The notes under the pieces were generated by a model. The model saw only the letters and a list, made by a program, of their open reading frames with translations. It had not been told where the DNA came from and made no database searches. A DNA stretch of 63,381 bases, the filler included, from Chiloscyllium plagiosum (Eukaryota): the NCBI RefSeq assembly GCF_004010195.1. It is 4 parts of one record of this genome, joined end to end, with 100 filler letters (N's around TTAATTAATTAA, not from the genome) between each part and the next. Parts side by side here need not be neighbours in the genome. Positions count along the whole stretch, not along the records: positions 35,396 to 57,287 come from NC_057716.1; positions 57,388 to 63,381 come from NC_057716.1; 2 more parts are not named here. The stretch is one strand, 5' to 3'. Positions within the stretch are counted from its first letter, which is position 1. Each line of letters opens with the position of its first letter. Both the position numbers and the translations under genes were made by a program. Below, in pieces: positions 51,579-63,381 of the stretch.

Positions 51579-52439
51579 TTCACATCAGCTGATATCCAGC
51601 TGAGTGGTGACTTTTTTCTGGGAATCATGCATGGTACGCTGAGGCTAGAATCAAAAGTGAGGGCTGCTATGGGGGGGGGAGTTAGTCATTAATGTGGCAT
51701 GTTTGGTACAATATAGGAAAATAACTTGTTAGGCCTCATGGCAAAAACACCTCCAAGGAACCTGATGCAATTCACACTTAACCAAAAATATCATAAGGTT
51801 CATCCTGTAGTTTCAGCTCTATTTCACTTTCTTATGATAAGCATGGCTCATATTATTTCAGTTCTATTTTATTAATAAGCCTCAAAAGGCCTCTGGTAAA
51901 ATACTTTGTCTGCCCACATGTGAAGGCTTACTTTAACCACAGATCTATAATTTATAAATCAATTAATCAGAATGATAGCAAGGAGAAAGGGGACGTAACT
52001 AAGCTATGTACAGTACTGATTTGTATTTTGATGAGTAGCCTACACTGAACAAGCTGTTTTAAATGTAGAGAGAACAGAAGAATTAGCACTTATTATGGCA
52101 TCATATACAATGAATGGATTGAGAATAACTCTGCAGTAAGAGGTGTTCATAATGAAGATTATAGAGGAACTTTGCTTAGGTCTGTGTCTCAGACTGGGTC
52201 AACTATGCACAGTGAATATCAAAAAAAAACTGGACAGGTCAAAACACATCTTTCAAAGGACCCTTCCTATATTTCTAACAGGAGAAACGTGCTTTTCATA
52301 ATGACTTCTAGTTAGTAAAATTGCATTGGGTGGTCATACTGAGATGTTGGAAAGATTACAAGACAGAAAGGAGAATCTTTCTGCTGAATCTTACATCTTT
52401 TTGTCGATGTCTAATTGCAGCAGGTCAGACTAGGAATTC

Positions 52440-52985
52440 TACCTCCCTTCTGTCTCCACCATGTAGAAGTCACGAATGTGATGGAATACTTCCCACGTGC
52501 TTGGATGAGTTCAGCTACAACAACATTCACGAAGTTTAACATCATCCAGGACAAAGTAGGCTGCTTGATTGGCACCACATCTATCACCTTCAATACTCAT
52601 CCACTCCCCCACCCCAGACATCAATGTGCAGTGGCAGAAATGTAGACCATCTCAAGACGCACTGCTGCAACTCATAGAAGCTCTTCTGACAGCACCTTCT
52701 AAGCCTGTGACCTCTACCATGTAGAAGGTCAAGGATAGTGGATGTATAGCAACACCACCACCTGCAAGTTCTTGCTCAGGCCATGTACTATCCTGGTTTT
52801 GAATAATATCACTGTTCCTTTTCTGTGAGTGGGTCAAAATCTTGGAACCTTCTTCTGAACAGTACCGCACTGTCATTGTCCCTGCACCTCTAGGATTGCA
52901 GCCCTTCAACGAAGCAGCTCATCTTCACCTTCCCCAGGGCAATACATGCTGGTACTGTCAGTGATGCTCACAACCCATGCAAGCA
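52440..52985 (+). mobile_element. CR1/Jockey-group 3' end, same family as 50055-50575
   Basis: VTNVMEYFPRAWMSSATTTFTKFNIIQDKVGCLIG. Confidence 0.72.
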
Positions 52986-53917
52986 TTAGAAATGGTAAGG
53001 AGGCAGCTGAAGGGTAGAAGAAGAGGCTTGCCAATAAGGCCAATGCTAGTGGCAGACAAACTGGCACAAGAAGTAAGGAGACATCAAAATGCAGTGGCTA
53101 CTTCTCCAGGGCATAACTCTTCTCCCATGTGACACCCTGCCTTAATGCCTGATTGGGCACAGAGACCCCTTCTCACCATTGAATGGTTATCTTCCCCCAG
53201 CAGACATTAATTGATCATCTGACGCAGCATTTGCTAAGATGAGGCAGTGGGGGATGGACTGTCACTCTTCAGTCCACTTCCCTCACCCTGTTGAACACCT
53301 TTAAGTCCCATCCCAATTTCATGAGGTGCAAATATATTGAAATCCTGATAAAAGATCATCTCAACCTCAATCATTAATTCTGGATGGAAACTCTCAGCTT
53401 TATTTTTGGAAAAGTGCATGCTGCGTCGAATTTGGTGCTGTGGTTCTTATTGCAAAGCCAAGGGACTGTTCTCTTTGTATCTTATCAAACATGCCTCATT
53501 AATTGCCATTTGAGTACTTGTGGCAAGAGGCACATCAAATTTCCACTCCATCTTACCACACGCTGGTTCCAAAGCAGCTCACCACTAAGAGGCAATCTCA
53601 GAATTGAATAGTATCCTTGGTTTACAGCAATAATGCAATAAAGAAGGTCAATTGGGAACTTGCTGGTTTGCAATGAGACTCTCATCTTGTACCTGAAAGA
53701 AAGGAAGGAAGTTGCAGCAAGATAGTCTTGGTGTTGAGCGGACCATCTCAGTCGATTCCATCACCATAGCCCTCATCGCTGAGACGCTGGTAAGGTTCCA
53801 CTCTCTGTTTTTCTCCAGTGATGCTGCCTACTCTGCTGAGCCTTGCCAGCATATTCTCTTTTTACTTAAGATCTGTTTTGATATGTTATATCTCCAGATT
53901 ACTCGTTTTAAAGAGTG

Positions 53918-56820
53918 AGAACAAAGAAAATTTACAGCCCAGGAACAGGCCCTTCAGCCCTCCAAGCCTGTGCCGATTCAAATCCATTGTCTAAATGTAT
54001 TGCCCAATTCCTAAGGATCTGTATCCCTCTACTCCCCACCTACGCAGACATCTGTCCAGATGCACCTTAAATGAATCTACCACGACTGCCTCTACTACCT
54101 CTGCTGGCAACATGTTCCAGGCACCTACCACCCTCTGTGTAAAGTACTTTCCCTGTATATCTCCCTTAAACATTTCTCCTCTCACCTTGAACACGTGATC
54201 TCTCATTACTGAATTCCTCAACCTGGAAAAAAAGCTTATCTCTATCCACCCTGTCTATACCATTCATGATTTTGTAGACTTCAGTCAGGACCCCCTCAAT
54301 CTCCTTTTTTCTAAGGAAAAAAATCCTAACCTACTCAACCTCTCTTCATAGCTAGCACCTTCCATACCAGGCAACATCTTCATAAACCTTCTCTGCACCC
54401 TCTCCAGAGCATCCACATCCTTTTGGTAATGTGGCGACCAGAACTGTACACAGTATTCTAAATGCAGCCAAACCAAATTGTACAATTTTAACATGACCTG
54501 CCAGCTCTTATACTCAATACCCTTTCTGATGAAGGCCAGAATACCATGTGCCTTCTTGACCACTCTATCCACCTATGCAGCAACCTTCAGGCTACAATGG
54601 ATCTGCACTCTCAGAGCTCTCCGCTCATCAACTTTTCCCAAGGCTCTTCTGTTTACAGTATAGTTCACTCTAGAATTAGACATCCTAAAATGCATTACCT
54701 CACATTTGCCTGGATTGAACGCCATCTGTCACTTCTCCGCCCAACTCTTCCGTCTATCTGTATCCTCTTGTACTCTTTGACAGTCTCCTATGCTTTTTGC
54801 TACTCCACCAATCTTCGTGTCATCTGCAAACTTACTGATCTGACCATTAATGCCCTCTTCCAAATCATTTTTGTATATCACAAACAACAGTGACCCCAGC
54901 ACTGATCACTGTGGAACACCACTGGTCACCTTTCTCTATTTTGAGAAACTCCCTTCAACTACAACTCTCTTTTATCCAGTTCTTTATCCACCTAGCTAGA
55001 ACAACCTGCACACCATGTGATTTCACTTTCTCCATTAGTTTACCATGGGGAACCTTATCAAGCATCTTACTAAATTCCATTTATATGACATCTACATCCC
55101 TTCCTTCATCTATCAACTTGGTCACTTCCTTAAAGAACTCTATGAAGTTGGTAAGGCACAATCTCCCCCAAACAAAACCATGTTACCTATCACTGAGAGG
55201 CCCATTCTTTTCCAAATATGAGTAGATTCTATCCCTCAGTACCTTCGCCAGCAACTTTCCCACCATTGACATCAGGCTCACTGCTTTGTAGTTACCTGGA
55301 ATATCCCTACTACCCTTCTTGTACAAGGGGACAACATTAGCAACTCTCCAGTCCTCCGGCACCTCACCTGTATTTAAGGATGCTGCAAAGATATCTGTCA
55401 GAGCTGCAGCTATTTCCTCTCTCGCCTCCCTCAGCAACCTGAGATAGATCCCATCCGGTCCTGGGGATTTGTCCACCTAAATATCCTCTAGCCTACCCCA
55501 ACACATCTTCCCTCCTTATGTCAACATGATCCAGAGTAAACAAGCTTCTATCTCTAATCTGAACATTCATAAAGTCCCTCTCCTGAGTGAACACTGATGC
55601 AAAGTAATCATAAAAATCTCACCCATTTTCTCAGGTTTGACGCACAATCTTCCTTCCTTATCCTTTAGTGGACCAACCCTTTCTCTAGTTATCCTCTTGC
55701 TTCTTATATATGAAGAAAAGGCATTGGGATTCTCCTTCATTCTGCTCGCTAAAGTTATTTCATGACTTCTTTTAGCCTGCTTGATTCTTCGTTTAAGCTT
55801 GGTCCTACTCTCCTGATATTCCTCCAGGCCCGTTCTGTTCTTAACTGCCTGGACCTTATGTACGCTTCCCTTTTCTTAGCTAGTTGTATGATTTCTCCTG
55901 TCATCCATGGTTCATTAATCTTGCTTTTCCTATCCCTTGTTTTCAAAGATCAATGCCTATCCTGCACTATCTTTAACGTCTCTTTGAAAACCTCCAACAT
56001 ATTAACTGTGGACTTCCCTTCAAATAGCTGCCCCCAATCCACATTGCCCAGCTCCTGCCTAATTTTGATATAATTGGCCTTGGCCCAGTTTAGTACTCTT
56101 CCCTTAGGACCACTCTCATCTTTGTACGCGACTATCCTAAAACTTACAGGATTGTGGTCACTATTCCCAAAGAAATCCCCCACTGCAACATCTACCACCT
56201 GGCCTGGCTCATTCCCCAACACCAGGTCCAATATGGCCCCTTTCCTTGTCGGACTATTGACATACTGCTCTAGAAAACTTTCCTGGATGTTCCTTTCAAA
56301 TTCTGCCCCATCCAGACCTCTGCTATTAGGTGTATCCCAGGCAATGTTGGGAAAATTAAAATCTCCCATCACCACCACCCTGTTGCCTCTATATATTTCC
56401 ATAATCTGTTTACCTATTTGTTCTTCTACCTCATGCTCACTGTTAGGAGGCCTGTAGTACAGCCCCAACAATGTAACTGCACCCTTCTTATTTCTCAGCT
56501 CTACCCATAATGCCTCACTGCTCAAGCCCTCCATAGTGTCCTCCTTTAGCACAGCCTTGATATCATCCCTGACTAGCAATGCAACTCCTCCCCACCTTTT
56601 ACTTGCCTCCCTGTCCTGTCTGAAGCATCCATATCCTGGAACATTTAGTTGGCAATCATGCCCTTCCTTCTACCAAGTCTCTGTGATCGCAATAACATCA
56701 TACTCCCAGGCACCAATCCAAGCCTTCAGTTTGTCTGCCTTACCCACTATACTCCTTGCATTAAAGTATATGCACTTCAGACCACCAGTTCCTTTGCATT
56801 CATCTGATCTCTGCCTATTC
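53918..56820 (-). mobile_element. CR1 LINE, near-complete ORF2 (APE endonuclease + RT), frameshifted
   Basis: LKCIYFNARS, IAITETW, GLYYRPPN, MGDFNFP, SDHN, KSPGPDGIY, FADDTK, HLEYCVQFWSP, followed by the 3' tail. Confidence 0.95.
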
Positions 56821-57287
56821 CAAAGTAACTCCAAAGATGGCAGATAGATGGGTGACAGTGAGGGGGACTGGGAGGAAGCAGCCAGTGCAGGGACCCCCTG
56901 TGGCTGTTCCCCTCAAGAACAAGTATACCGTTTTGGATACTTGTGGGGGGGATGACTTACCAGGGGTAAGTAACGGGGCTCAGGTCTCTGGCACGGAGCC
57001 TGTCCCCGTTACTCAGAAGGGAAGGGTGAAGAAGAGCAGAGCAGTAGTAATTGGGGACTCGATAGTTCGTGGCACAGATAGGCGGTTTTGTGGGAACGAG
57101 AGAGACTCACGTTTGGTATGTTGCCTCCCAGGTGCAAGGGTACGTGATGTCTCTGATCGTGTTTTCCGGGTACTGGAGGGGGAGGGGGAGCAGCCCGAAG
57201 TCGTGGTCCACATTGGCACCAACGACATAGGTAGGAGGAGTGCAGAGGATGTTAGACAGGCTTTCAGGGAGCTAGGTTGGAAGCCCA
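56821..57287 (+). mobile_element. CR1 ORF1 SGNH/GDSL esterase domain, cut by gap
   Basis: VVIGDSIVRG...CCLPGARV...VVVHIGTNDI in an open frame. Confidence 0.9.
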
Positions 57288-57387
57288 NNNNNNNNNNNNN
57301 NNNNNNNNNNNNNNNNNNNNNNNNNNNNNNNTTAATTAATTAANNNNNNNNNNNNNNNNNNNNNNNNNNNNNNNNNNNNNNNNNNNN
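57288..57387. other. Artificial contig linker
   Basis: 44N + TTAATTAATTAA + 44N. Confidence 0.97.
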
Positions 57388-57927
57388 AGTTTTGCACCTT
57401 CTCTAGTAGGTACATCCACATACTGAATCAGAAAATTGTCTTGTACACACTTAAGAAATTCCCCTCCATCTAAACCTTTAACACTATGGCAGTCCCAATC
57501 TATGTTTGGAAAGTTAAAATCCCCTACCATGACTACCCTATTATTCTTACAGATAGCTGAGATCTCCTTACAAGTTTGTTTCTCAATTTCCCTCTGACTA
57601 TTGGGGGGGGTCTATAATGCAATCCCAATAAGGTGACCATCCATTTCTTATTTCTCAGTTCCACCCAAATAACTTGCCTGGATGTATTTCTGGGAATATC
57701 TTTCCTCAGCACAGTTGTAATGCTATCCCTTATCAAAAATGCCACTCCCCCTCCTCTCTTGCCTCCCTTTCTATCCTTCCTGTCGCATTTGTATCCTGGA
57801 ACATTAAGCTGCCAGTCCTGCCCATCCATGAGCCATGTTTCTGTAATTGCTATAATATCCCAGTCCCATGTTCCTAACCATGCCCTGAGTTCATCTGCCT
57901 TCCCTGTTCGACCCTTTGCATTTGAAT
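57388..57927 (-). mobile_element. CR1 endonuclease fragment
   Basis: DIIAITETWL...RGGGVAFLI...GLHYRPP, VGDFNFPNIDW. Confidence 0.9.
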
Positions 57928-59639
57928 GAATGACTTCCCTATGAGTCCTAATGAGTTTTCTCATGGTATCTACATAAGTGCATATCATTACTTATTTACC
58001 ACACCCCTACGGTGCTCCCTTGCAATATTTTCCCTCTCATTGTCAGTGGACGCAATGGCCACTGCCATTATCTCCCATATCAATTAGGCAAGTTGGCATA
58101 ATAATGAGGATTTCAATGCAGATATGAATTTCACCTCACTGATTATCACCTGGTTGGGAAATGGGATGCTTGCTGTCAACATTGGGGATCTCTATGCTGC
58201 TAACCTCATTCAATTCTCTCAACTTTCCTGTCATTGTCCGTGTCATTCAGGGACCGGGATGATTCCATCCCTTGTGATTCATGTATAAGGACACCCAGAT
58301 CACTCTGATCTGCAGCAGTCTGCAGTGTTTCCTCATTTAAACAAATATTCTACTTCCCTATTCTTCTCATCAATGTGGACAACTGTGCATTTCTCCACCT
58401 TATACACTATGTGCCAATTGTTTTGTCCAGTCACTTAAACTGTCTGTATGCCTCTGCAGATTCCATGGGTCAGGTTTTCAAATCTGGATGGGGAGCTGGA
58501 CTGACACAGCAGTCCTGATCCTGACACTGACATGACAACATTTTCAAATCCATAAATGACTGGCCCAAGGATGAGTTTAGTGACCAAATGGCACCACTGG
58601 ATTGTGGGATAAAGGACTAAGGAAGCATTTGCAAAGGTGAGTGCCAGGCATGTCTAGTCCTGCCCACTTACTGGGGAAATATCTGCATAGCAAGCCATTC
58701 AGGATTAGGCCAGAGCTGGAGGGGTTAGAGAGGCACATGCAGGTTCAGGACTATAAATCCCTCCATGGACGTCCTCACCAAGTCTGTCACTGAAAAGAGA
58801 CAGGTTTCTTCCTGACTTCAAAAAAAAACAGGACCCCTAAGAGCCGAGAGTGTACGTTCTGAGGAAGCCAACAATCATAATGTGACCAAGAGATATGGCT
58901 CCTCTAAGTCTGCACTCAGCAGGGTGTGCACAAACCCTGCTCCATACAGCGTTCTAACATTTCCAGAATAGCTGCCAGACTCATTATGAGATGTTAATCA
59001 ATGCTTGCTTTGGGGATGACAATGAGAAGGGATGCAAATGGATGAGGACAGCAGCTCAGAGTGAGAGTTGAGGGAGGGTAATCTACTTGTGCATCAAAGA
59101 ACCTTAGGATATTATTTTTCTTACCTCTATCTCCTTCAGTGACTTATTCATGATAAACATTGTCCCTTCCTGTTCCATCCTGCTTTTTACTATACTGTTC
59201 TGTTGCCATGGCACACAATAATCGAGAGATGGTGTGGGCAGCAGTCATGTACTATGTACTGGTAGTCATTCCACAAACCGTTGGTGATGTTGGGGCTGGA
59301 AGCTAATAAGAATGGCATGGTGTGCATAACATTTGGAAATCTGTTAAATGTACTACAGTCCTCAACAGCTGTATTTGCAAAAGGTATCTCTGGCTGGTGC
59401 AACATTGGCACAATCTCAGAATAAGGAGTCATACACCTCAGGCAGAGATGAGGAGAAATGTCTTCTGTTAGAGAGTTGTGAATGTATGGAATTCTTTACC
59501 ACAGAATGAGGCTAACAGTTAAGCAAGCATGGGGCAACAGTAGGTACTAATGGAGAGGACTCTATCCCTGGCTTTATCTAATAGATGCTTGCTACCTATG
59601 TGGATGAGTCTAGGACCAGAGGAACAATGAGCAGTGCAG

Positions 59640-60060
59640 GATGTCACTCAAGTATATGAGAGTGAAAACGAATGTGGTGCAGACAAGAGACAGTAGATTT
59701 AGGGGACAGCTATTGTTTTCTACAGCCGCACTTGGGAGCTCCATTGGTTACGTTGCCTGCCTAGGATTGGATTAAGGGCAGTTCCCTAGGGCTGGAGAGG
59801 GCCATGGTGTTGAAAGGATGGCTTCAATTGTCATGGCCAGTATCAAAACCAAAGACATAGTTGGAACCAGGAGTGAAGTTCTATTGAGAGAGTTTGTGGA
59901 GCTAGTAACCAAATTAAAACGCAGAATATTAAAGACAATCGTGCCTGGACTTTGGAAAAAGCACGAGCCAATTGGCATAGGGTCAAGCAGATTACAGAAT
60001 TAAATACATGGCTCAAAGAGTGGTATGAGAGGAAGGAGTTTCAATTGAAGGGAGACTTAT
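59640..60060 (+). mobile_element. Decayed CR1 ORF1 esterase fragment
   Basis: Remnants of GDS..RG, CLP, and TKDI...EVLLREFVEL..KLK. Confidence 0.55.
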
Positions 60061-60131
60061 AAATCAATAAAGAAATGCCATGGTAACAGAACAGTGTAGT
60101 AAAAAGCAGGATGGAATACAATGAGGCAACA

Positions 60132-60610
60132 TGGGTGGCACAGTAGCTCAGTGGTTAGTACTGTTACCTCACAGCACCAGGGACCTGGGTTCAATTCCAG
60201 CCTTGGGCAACTGTCTGTGTGGAGTTTACTCATTCTCCCAGGGAGAAAGTGAGGTCTGCAGATGCTGGAGATCAGAGCTGAAAATGTGTTGCTGGAAAAG
60301 CGCAGCAGGTCAGGCAGTATCCAAGGAACAGGAGAATCGATGTTTCAGGCATAAGCCCTTCTTCAGGAATTCTTCATTCATGAAGAAGGGCTTATGCCTG
60401 AAACGTCGATTCTCCTGTTCCTTGGATGCTGCCTGACCTGCTGTGCTTTTCCAGCAACACATTTTCAGCTCATTCTCCCAGGGGCTGTGTGGATTTCCTG
60501 CGTGTGCTCTAGTTTCCTCCCATAGTCCAAACATGTGCAGGTTAGGTAAATTCACCATGCTAAATTGTCCTGTAATGTGCAGGTTAGGGAAATGTGTCTG
60601 AGTAGGTACT
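60132..60610 (+). mobile_element. HE1-type SINE interrupted by a fold-back PLE insertion
   Basis: A/B boxes ggcacagtagctcagtgg / gggttcaattcc. The body resumes at 60484. Confidence 0.88.
60229..60483. mobile_element. Fold-back hammerhead-bearing non-autonomous PLE with 15-bp TSD
   Basis: 96-bp inverted arms at 60275-60370 and 60376-60471. ctcattctcccaggg appears at both ends. Confidence 0.88.
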
Positions 60611-60611
60611 G

Positions 60612-61270
60612 TAAGCTTAATGTGGAACTCAACAGTATCATGATCACTACTTTTAAGTGGATATTTTACTATGACATTACTTTGCCTCATTACACAATAC
60701 CAAATTTAAGATAATTTTATCCCTAGTTGGTTTCACAATGTATCACTCCAGCAAATTTTCACAAAAGCATTCTGCAAACCCATCGTCCAAAGCACTGTTG
60801 TCAATTTGATTGTCTCAGTCAATATGATTGGTTTCATAACCTTTTGAAGATTTAAGTCCCCAACAAATATTATCGTTTTAGAGGCTCTGATACTTTCTGA
60901 TTTATTGCTCTGCCCACCAGTACGACTACTGTGCCTGTAAGCGACTCCTATAAGTGTTTCTGACTCCTGCTATTCTTGATTTTCAACCAATTTTCTTTAG
61001 ATTCAATTATAATTTACATCATGATCTTCTAAGGCCAGTTTCTTTCTCATAAATCCAGTCATGTCATCCTTTATGATCACACCCACTTCTTTGTCATCCT
61101 GTCTGTCTTTTGGAAAGATTGTGTACCCTGAAATAGTTATTTCCTAGCTTTGATCACTTTGCAACCATGTCTATATAATGACGCTTAAACAAAACCATTT
61201 AACTCTATTAATGCCATTACCTCATCTATCTTCTTGGAGATGTTTCTTGCAATCAGATAAAGAACCGTAG
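60612..61270 (-). mobile_element. Decayed CR1 endonuclease fragment
   Basis: Reverse remnants of LKSSDHDTVEF, VGDLNL and IAR.IS.KIDE. Confidence 0.55.
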
Positions 61271-62389
61271 GATACTTTTTTTCTTATGTCTATTTCCTTC
61301 AATGACCTTATTCACTGATGCACGCTTAATGTTAAATACTCATAGAAATCCTAACAAGTCCACACTAACCCTCTGAATGTGGCCAAGCTCTGCAAGGCAC
61401 AGGTACTGACTCTCACTGTTTCACAGGCAAGCAGTGTCTTTGTGGAGTAGCATTGGCAGATGGGATGCTGATTCTTGCAGATCCTTAATGCACTGTGGAG
61501 CTATGGGCAGGCAATGGAAGAGCCTGGCACCATGTATGCCTTGCCATGGCTTGGAGGTCTGAGTGCATGAGCCCTTCCATTGAGAGTAGCCATCCTCCTG
61601 CAGGACCTTGTGTTGTTGCACCTCTTTGAATGGATGCAGAAGCCTAATGCTGACATATACAGAGAGAAAGCGAGGCTTCCACATGGAATACTCAGCATTA
61701 CTGATGGCACATTGATGGAAAGAGTAGATGTCACTTGTGCTTTGATGGTTACATTGGTATAATCAATGACTCAATGACACTGGGAGAAGTCATCAGTGGT
61801 GGATTGTGCACCTTGTCCAACCTAACCTGCATAAGCGATGCCACAGCATAATGTCTATCTCAAAAACTCCTCATTAATGACATTTTCCATAACAGCAAAG
61901 CCACTCTATGCCACTGGTTCAGCAGCTGAAAATTGGTTGGCCATTTTTGAAATGAATTATTGAGTACCTCCATGAGGCCTGATACTCTCCGCTCTCTGTG
62001 TATCAGGTTCACTCTGATGTGCTTCAGACACTATTCCCTCTCCCTGCCAATCGAAAATCCAAAACAGCCTCAATGACACTTTTTTGATTACCTCTCCAAC
62101 TAGCTTACCATGCAATTAATTAAAGACAAGTTTTGTTCTGGACAATCCACTGTTGTTTACTTGTTGAAAACTGCATCACATTCTGGATACATTGGGATCT
62201 TGTGCCATCCTGTGCAAAAGCAATTTTCAAATCACGCCCACAGCTACTTTTGGGATTGCCAGCAATTATAAATCCTAAGTATTTGTGTTCTCCTCTGGAA
62301 ACAAGTTTAAATGTGAAAATTGGACGACATGGACAAGTTGGGCCGAAGGGCCTCTATCCATGCTGTTAACCTCTATGACTCTGCGATTG

Positions 62390-63118
62390 CATTCCCAGCT
62401 ATTATCAACAAATTGGACGACAACATATTCCATCCATTTATCAAAGTTATTAATGTAGATTGCAATATTTGGGGCCCCAGTGTTGAATCCTGTGGAATTC
62501 CACAAATTATAGCTTGTTGATCTAAAATTGATGCAATTATCAAGACTTTGTTTTCCTGTTAATCAGCCAACCTTGAATTAATGCTAATATATTACAATGA
62601 GCTGTTAGCTTGTGTAGTAACCTTTTATGTAATATCTTAGTGAATGTCTTTTGGAAATCTAAACATACTGTGTTAACTGGTTCCCTGTATCAATCTTGTT
62701 TTTATACAAACATGCACAGAAATATATGAATTGGAATTAGGAGAAGGCTGTTTATACCCCAGAAGCCTGCTCCACCAGCATTTGATAAGATCATGGCTGA
62801 AGTGATTGCGATCTCAATTCCACTCTTCTGTCTACCCCAGTACCCCCTGACTCTCCAGCTAACTCAACCTTAAAACTAATCAATGACTCTGCCTCCATTG
62901 CTGTGTATGTAGCAAATTCCACATGATTCAAGAGAAAAAAAACTCCTTATCTTCATCTTAAATGGGAAACTTCCTAACTGTGGTAAAAACCTCCCCCAAA
63001 CCTCCTAACTGTGTCTTCTAGTTCTAGCCAATAGCCATAACAAGAAACATCTCCAAGCAGTGACTCTATCAGCACCCCTCAAGATCTTGCATGTTTCAAG
63101 GTGATCACCTCTCATTCA
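62390..63118 (-). mobile_element. Decayed CR1 fragments
   Basis: Reverse of LDFQKTF, IPQDSTLGP, and a 3' tail cagccatgatc. Confidence 0.6.
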
Positions 63119-63124
63119 GCTAAA

Positions 63125-63381
63125 TTCCATCCACCTGGACACCCCGTGCTGGCCTCTTACCTGCCCTCGATCTCTTGATAGCCAACTGCCGCCGCGACAT
63201 TAACCGCCTCAACCTCTCCACCCCTCTCACCCACTCCAACCTCTCACCCTCAGAACGTGCAGCCCTCCACTCCCTCCGTTCCAACCCCAACCTCACTATC
63301 AAACCGACAGACAAGGGAGGCGCGGTAGTAGTTTGGCAAACCGAACTTTACACCGCTGAGGCTAAACGCCAGCTCGCGGAC
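63125..63381 (+). mobile_element. Young Neptune-type PLE, N-terminal RT region, continuing past the window
   Basis: Open frame PSTWTPRAGLLPALDLLIANCRRD...SNLSPSERAALHSLRSNPNLTIKPTDKGGAVVVW; CpG-rich. Confidence 0.9.

Noticed and set aside
56837..57343. Host GDSL lipase gene
   Set aside because: It is the esterase domain typical of CR1 ORF1, intronless and embedded among LINE sequence.
58740..59050. Additional Harbinger remnants (also 61400-61750, and TIR-like ends at 12955-13620)
   Set aside because: Only faint motif echoes, too degenerate to call by eye.
60132..60205. tRNA gene (also ~24200-24270)
   Set aside because: These are tRNA-derived SINE heads that continue into the V-domain and CR1 tail.

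Overview
This is vertebrate genomic DNA, inferred to be an orectolobiform shark from the HE1-type SINEs, CR1/HER1 LINEs and Penelope families. It is made of four blocks joined by artificial 100-bp linkers (44N-TTAATTAATTAA-44N), plus one 212-N gap. Block 1 (1-9551) carries four consecutive, phase-compatible motor-domain exons of myosin IB (MYO1B, + strand) and a candidate 70-nt poison cassette exon. I could not find the next MYO1B exons in the remaining ~54 kb. The rest is mostly decayed transposons: many CR1 LINEs, two or three Penelope-like element (PLE) families, HE1 and Deu-type SINEs, Rex-Babar, Tx1, L2, a Tigger/pogo end and Harbinger relics (transposase and Myb gene). The most notable structure is a dense set of minimal hammerhead ribozyme motifs in PLE pseudo-LTRs. 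Several sit in short fold-back non-autonomous insertions flanked by 12-15-bp target-site duplications. There are no prokaryotic features, CRISPR arrays, rRNA genes or true tRNA genes. All calls are by eye; repeat boundaries are approximate.
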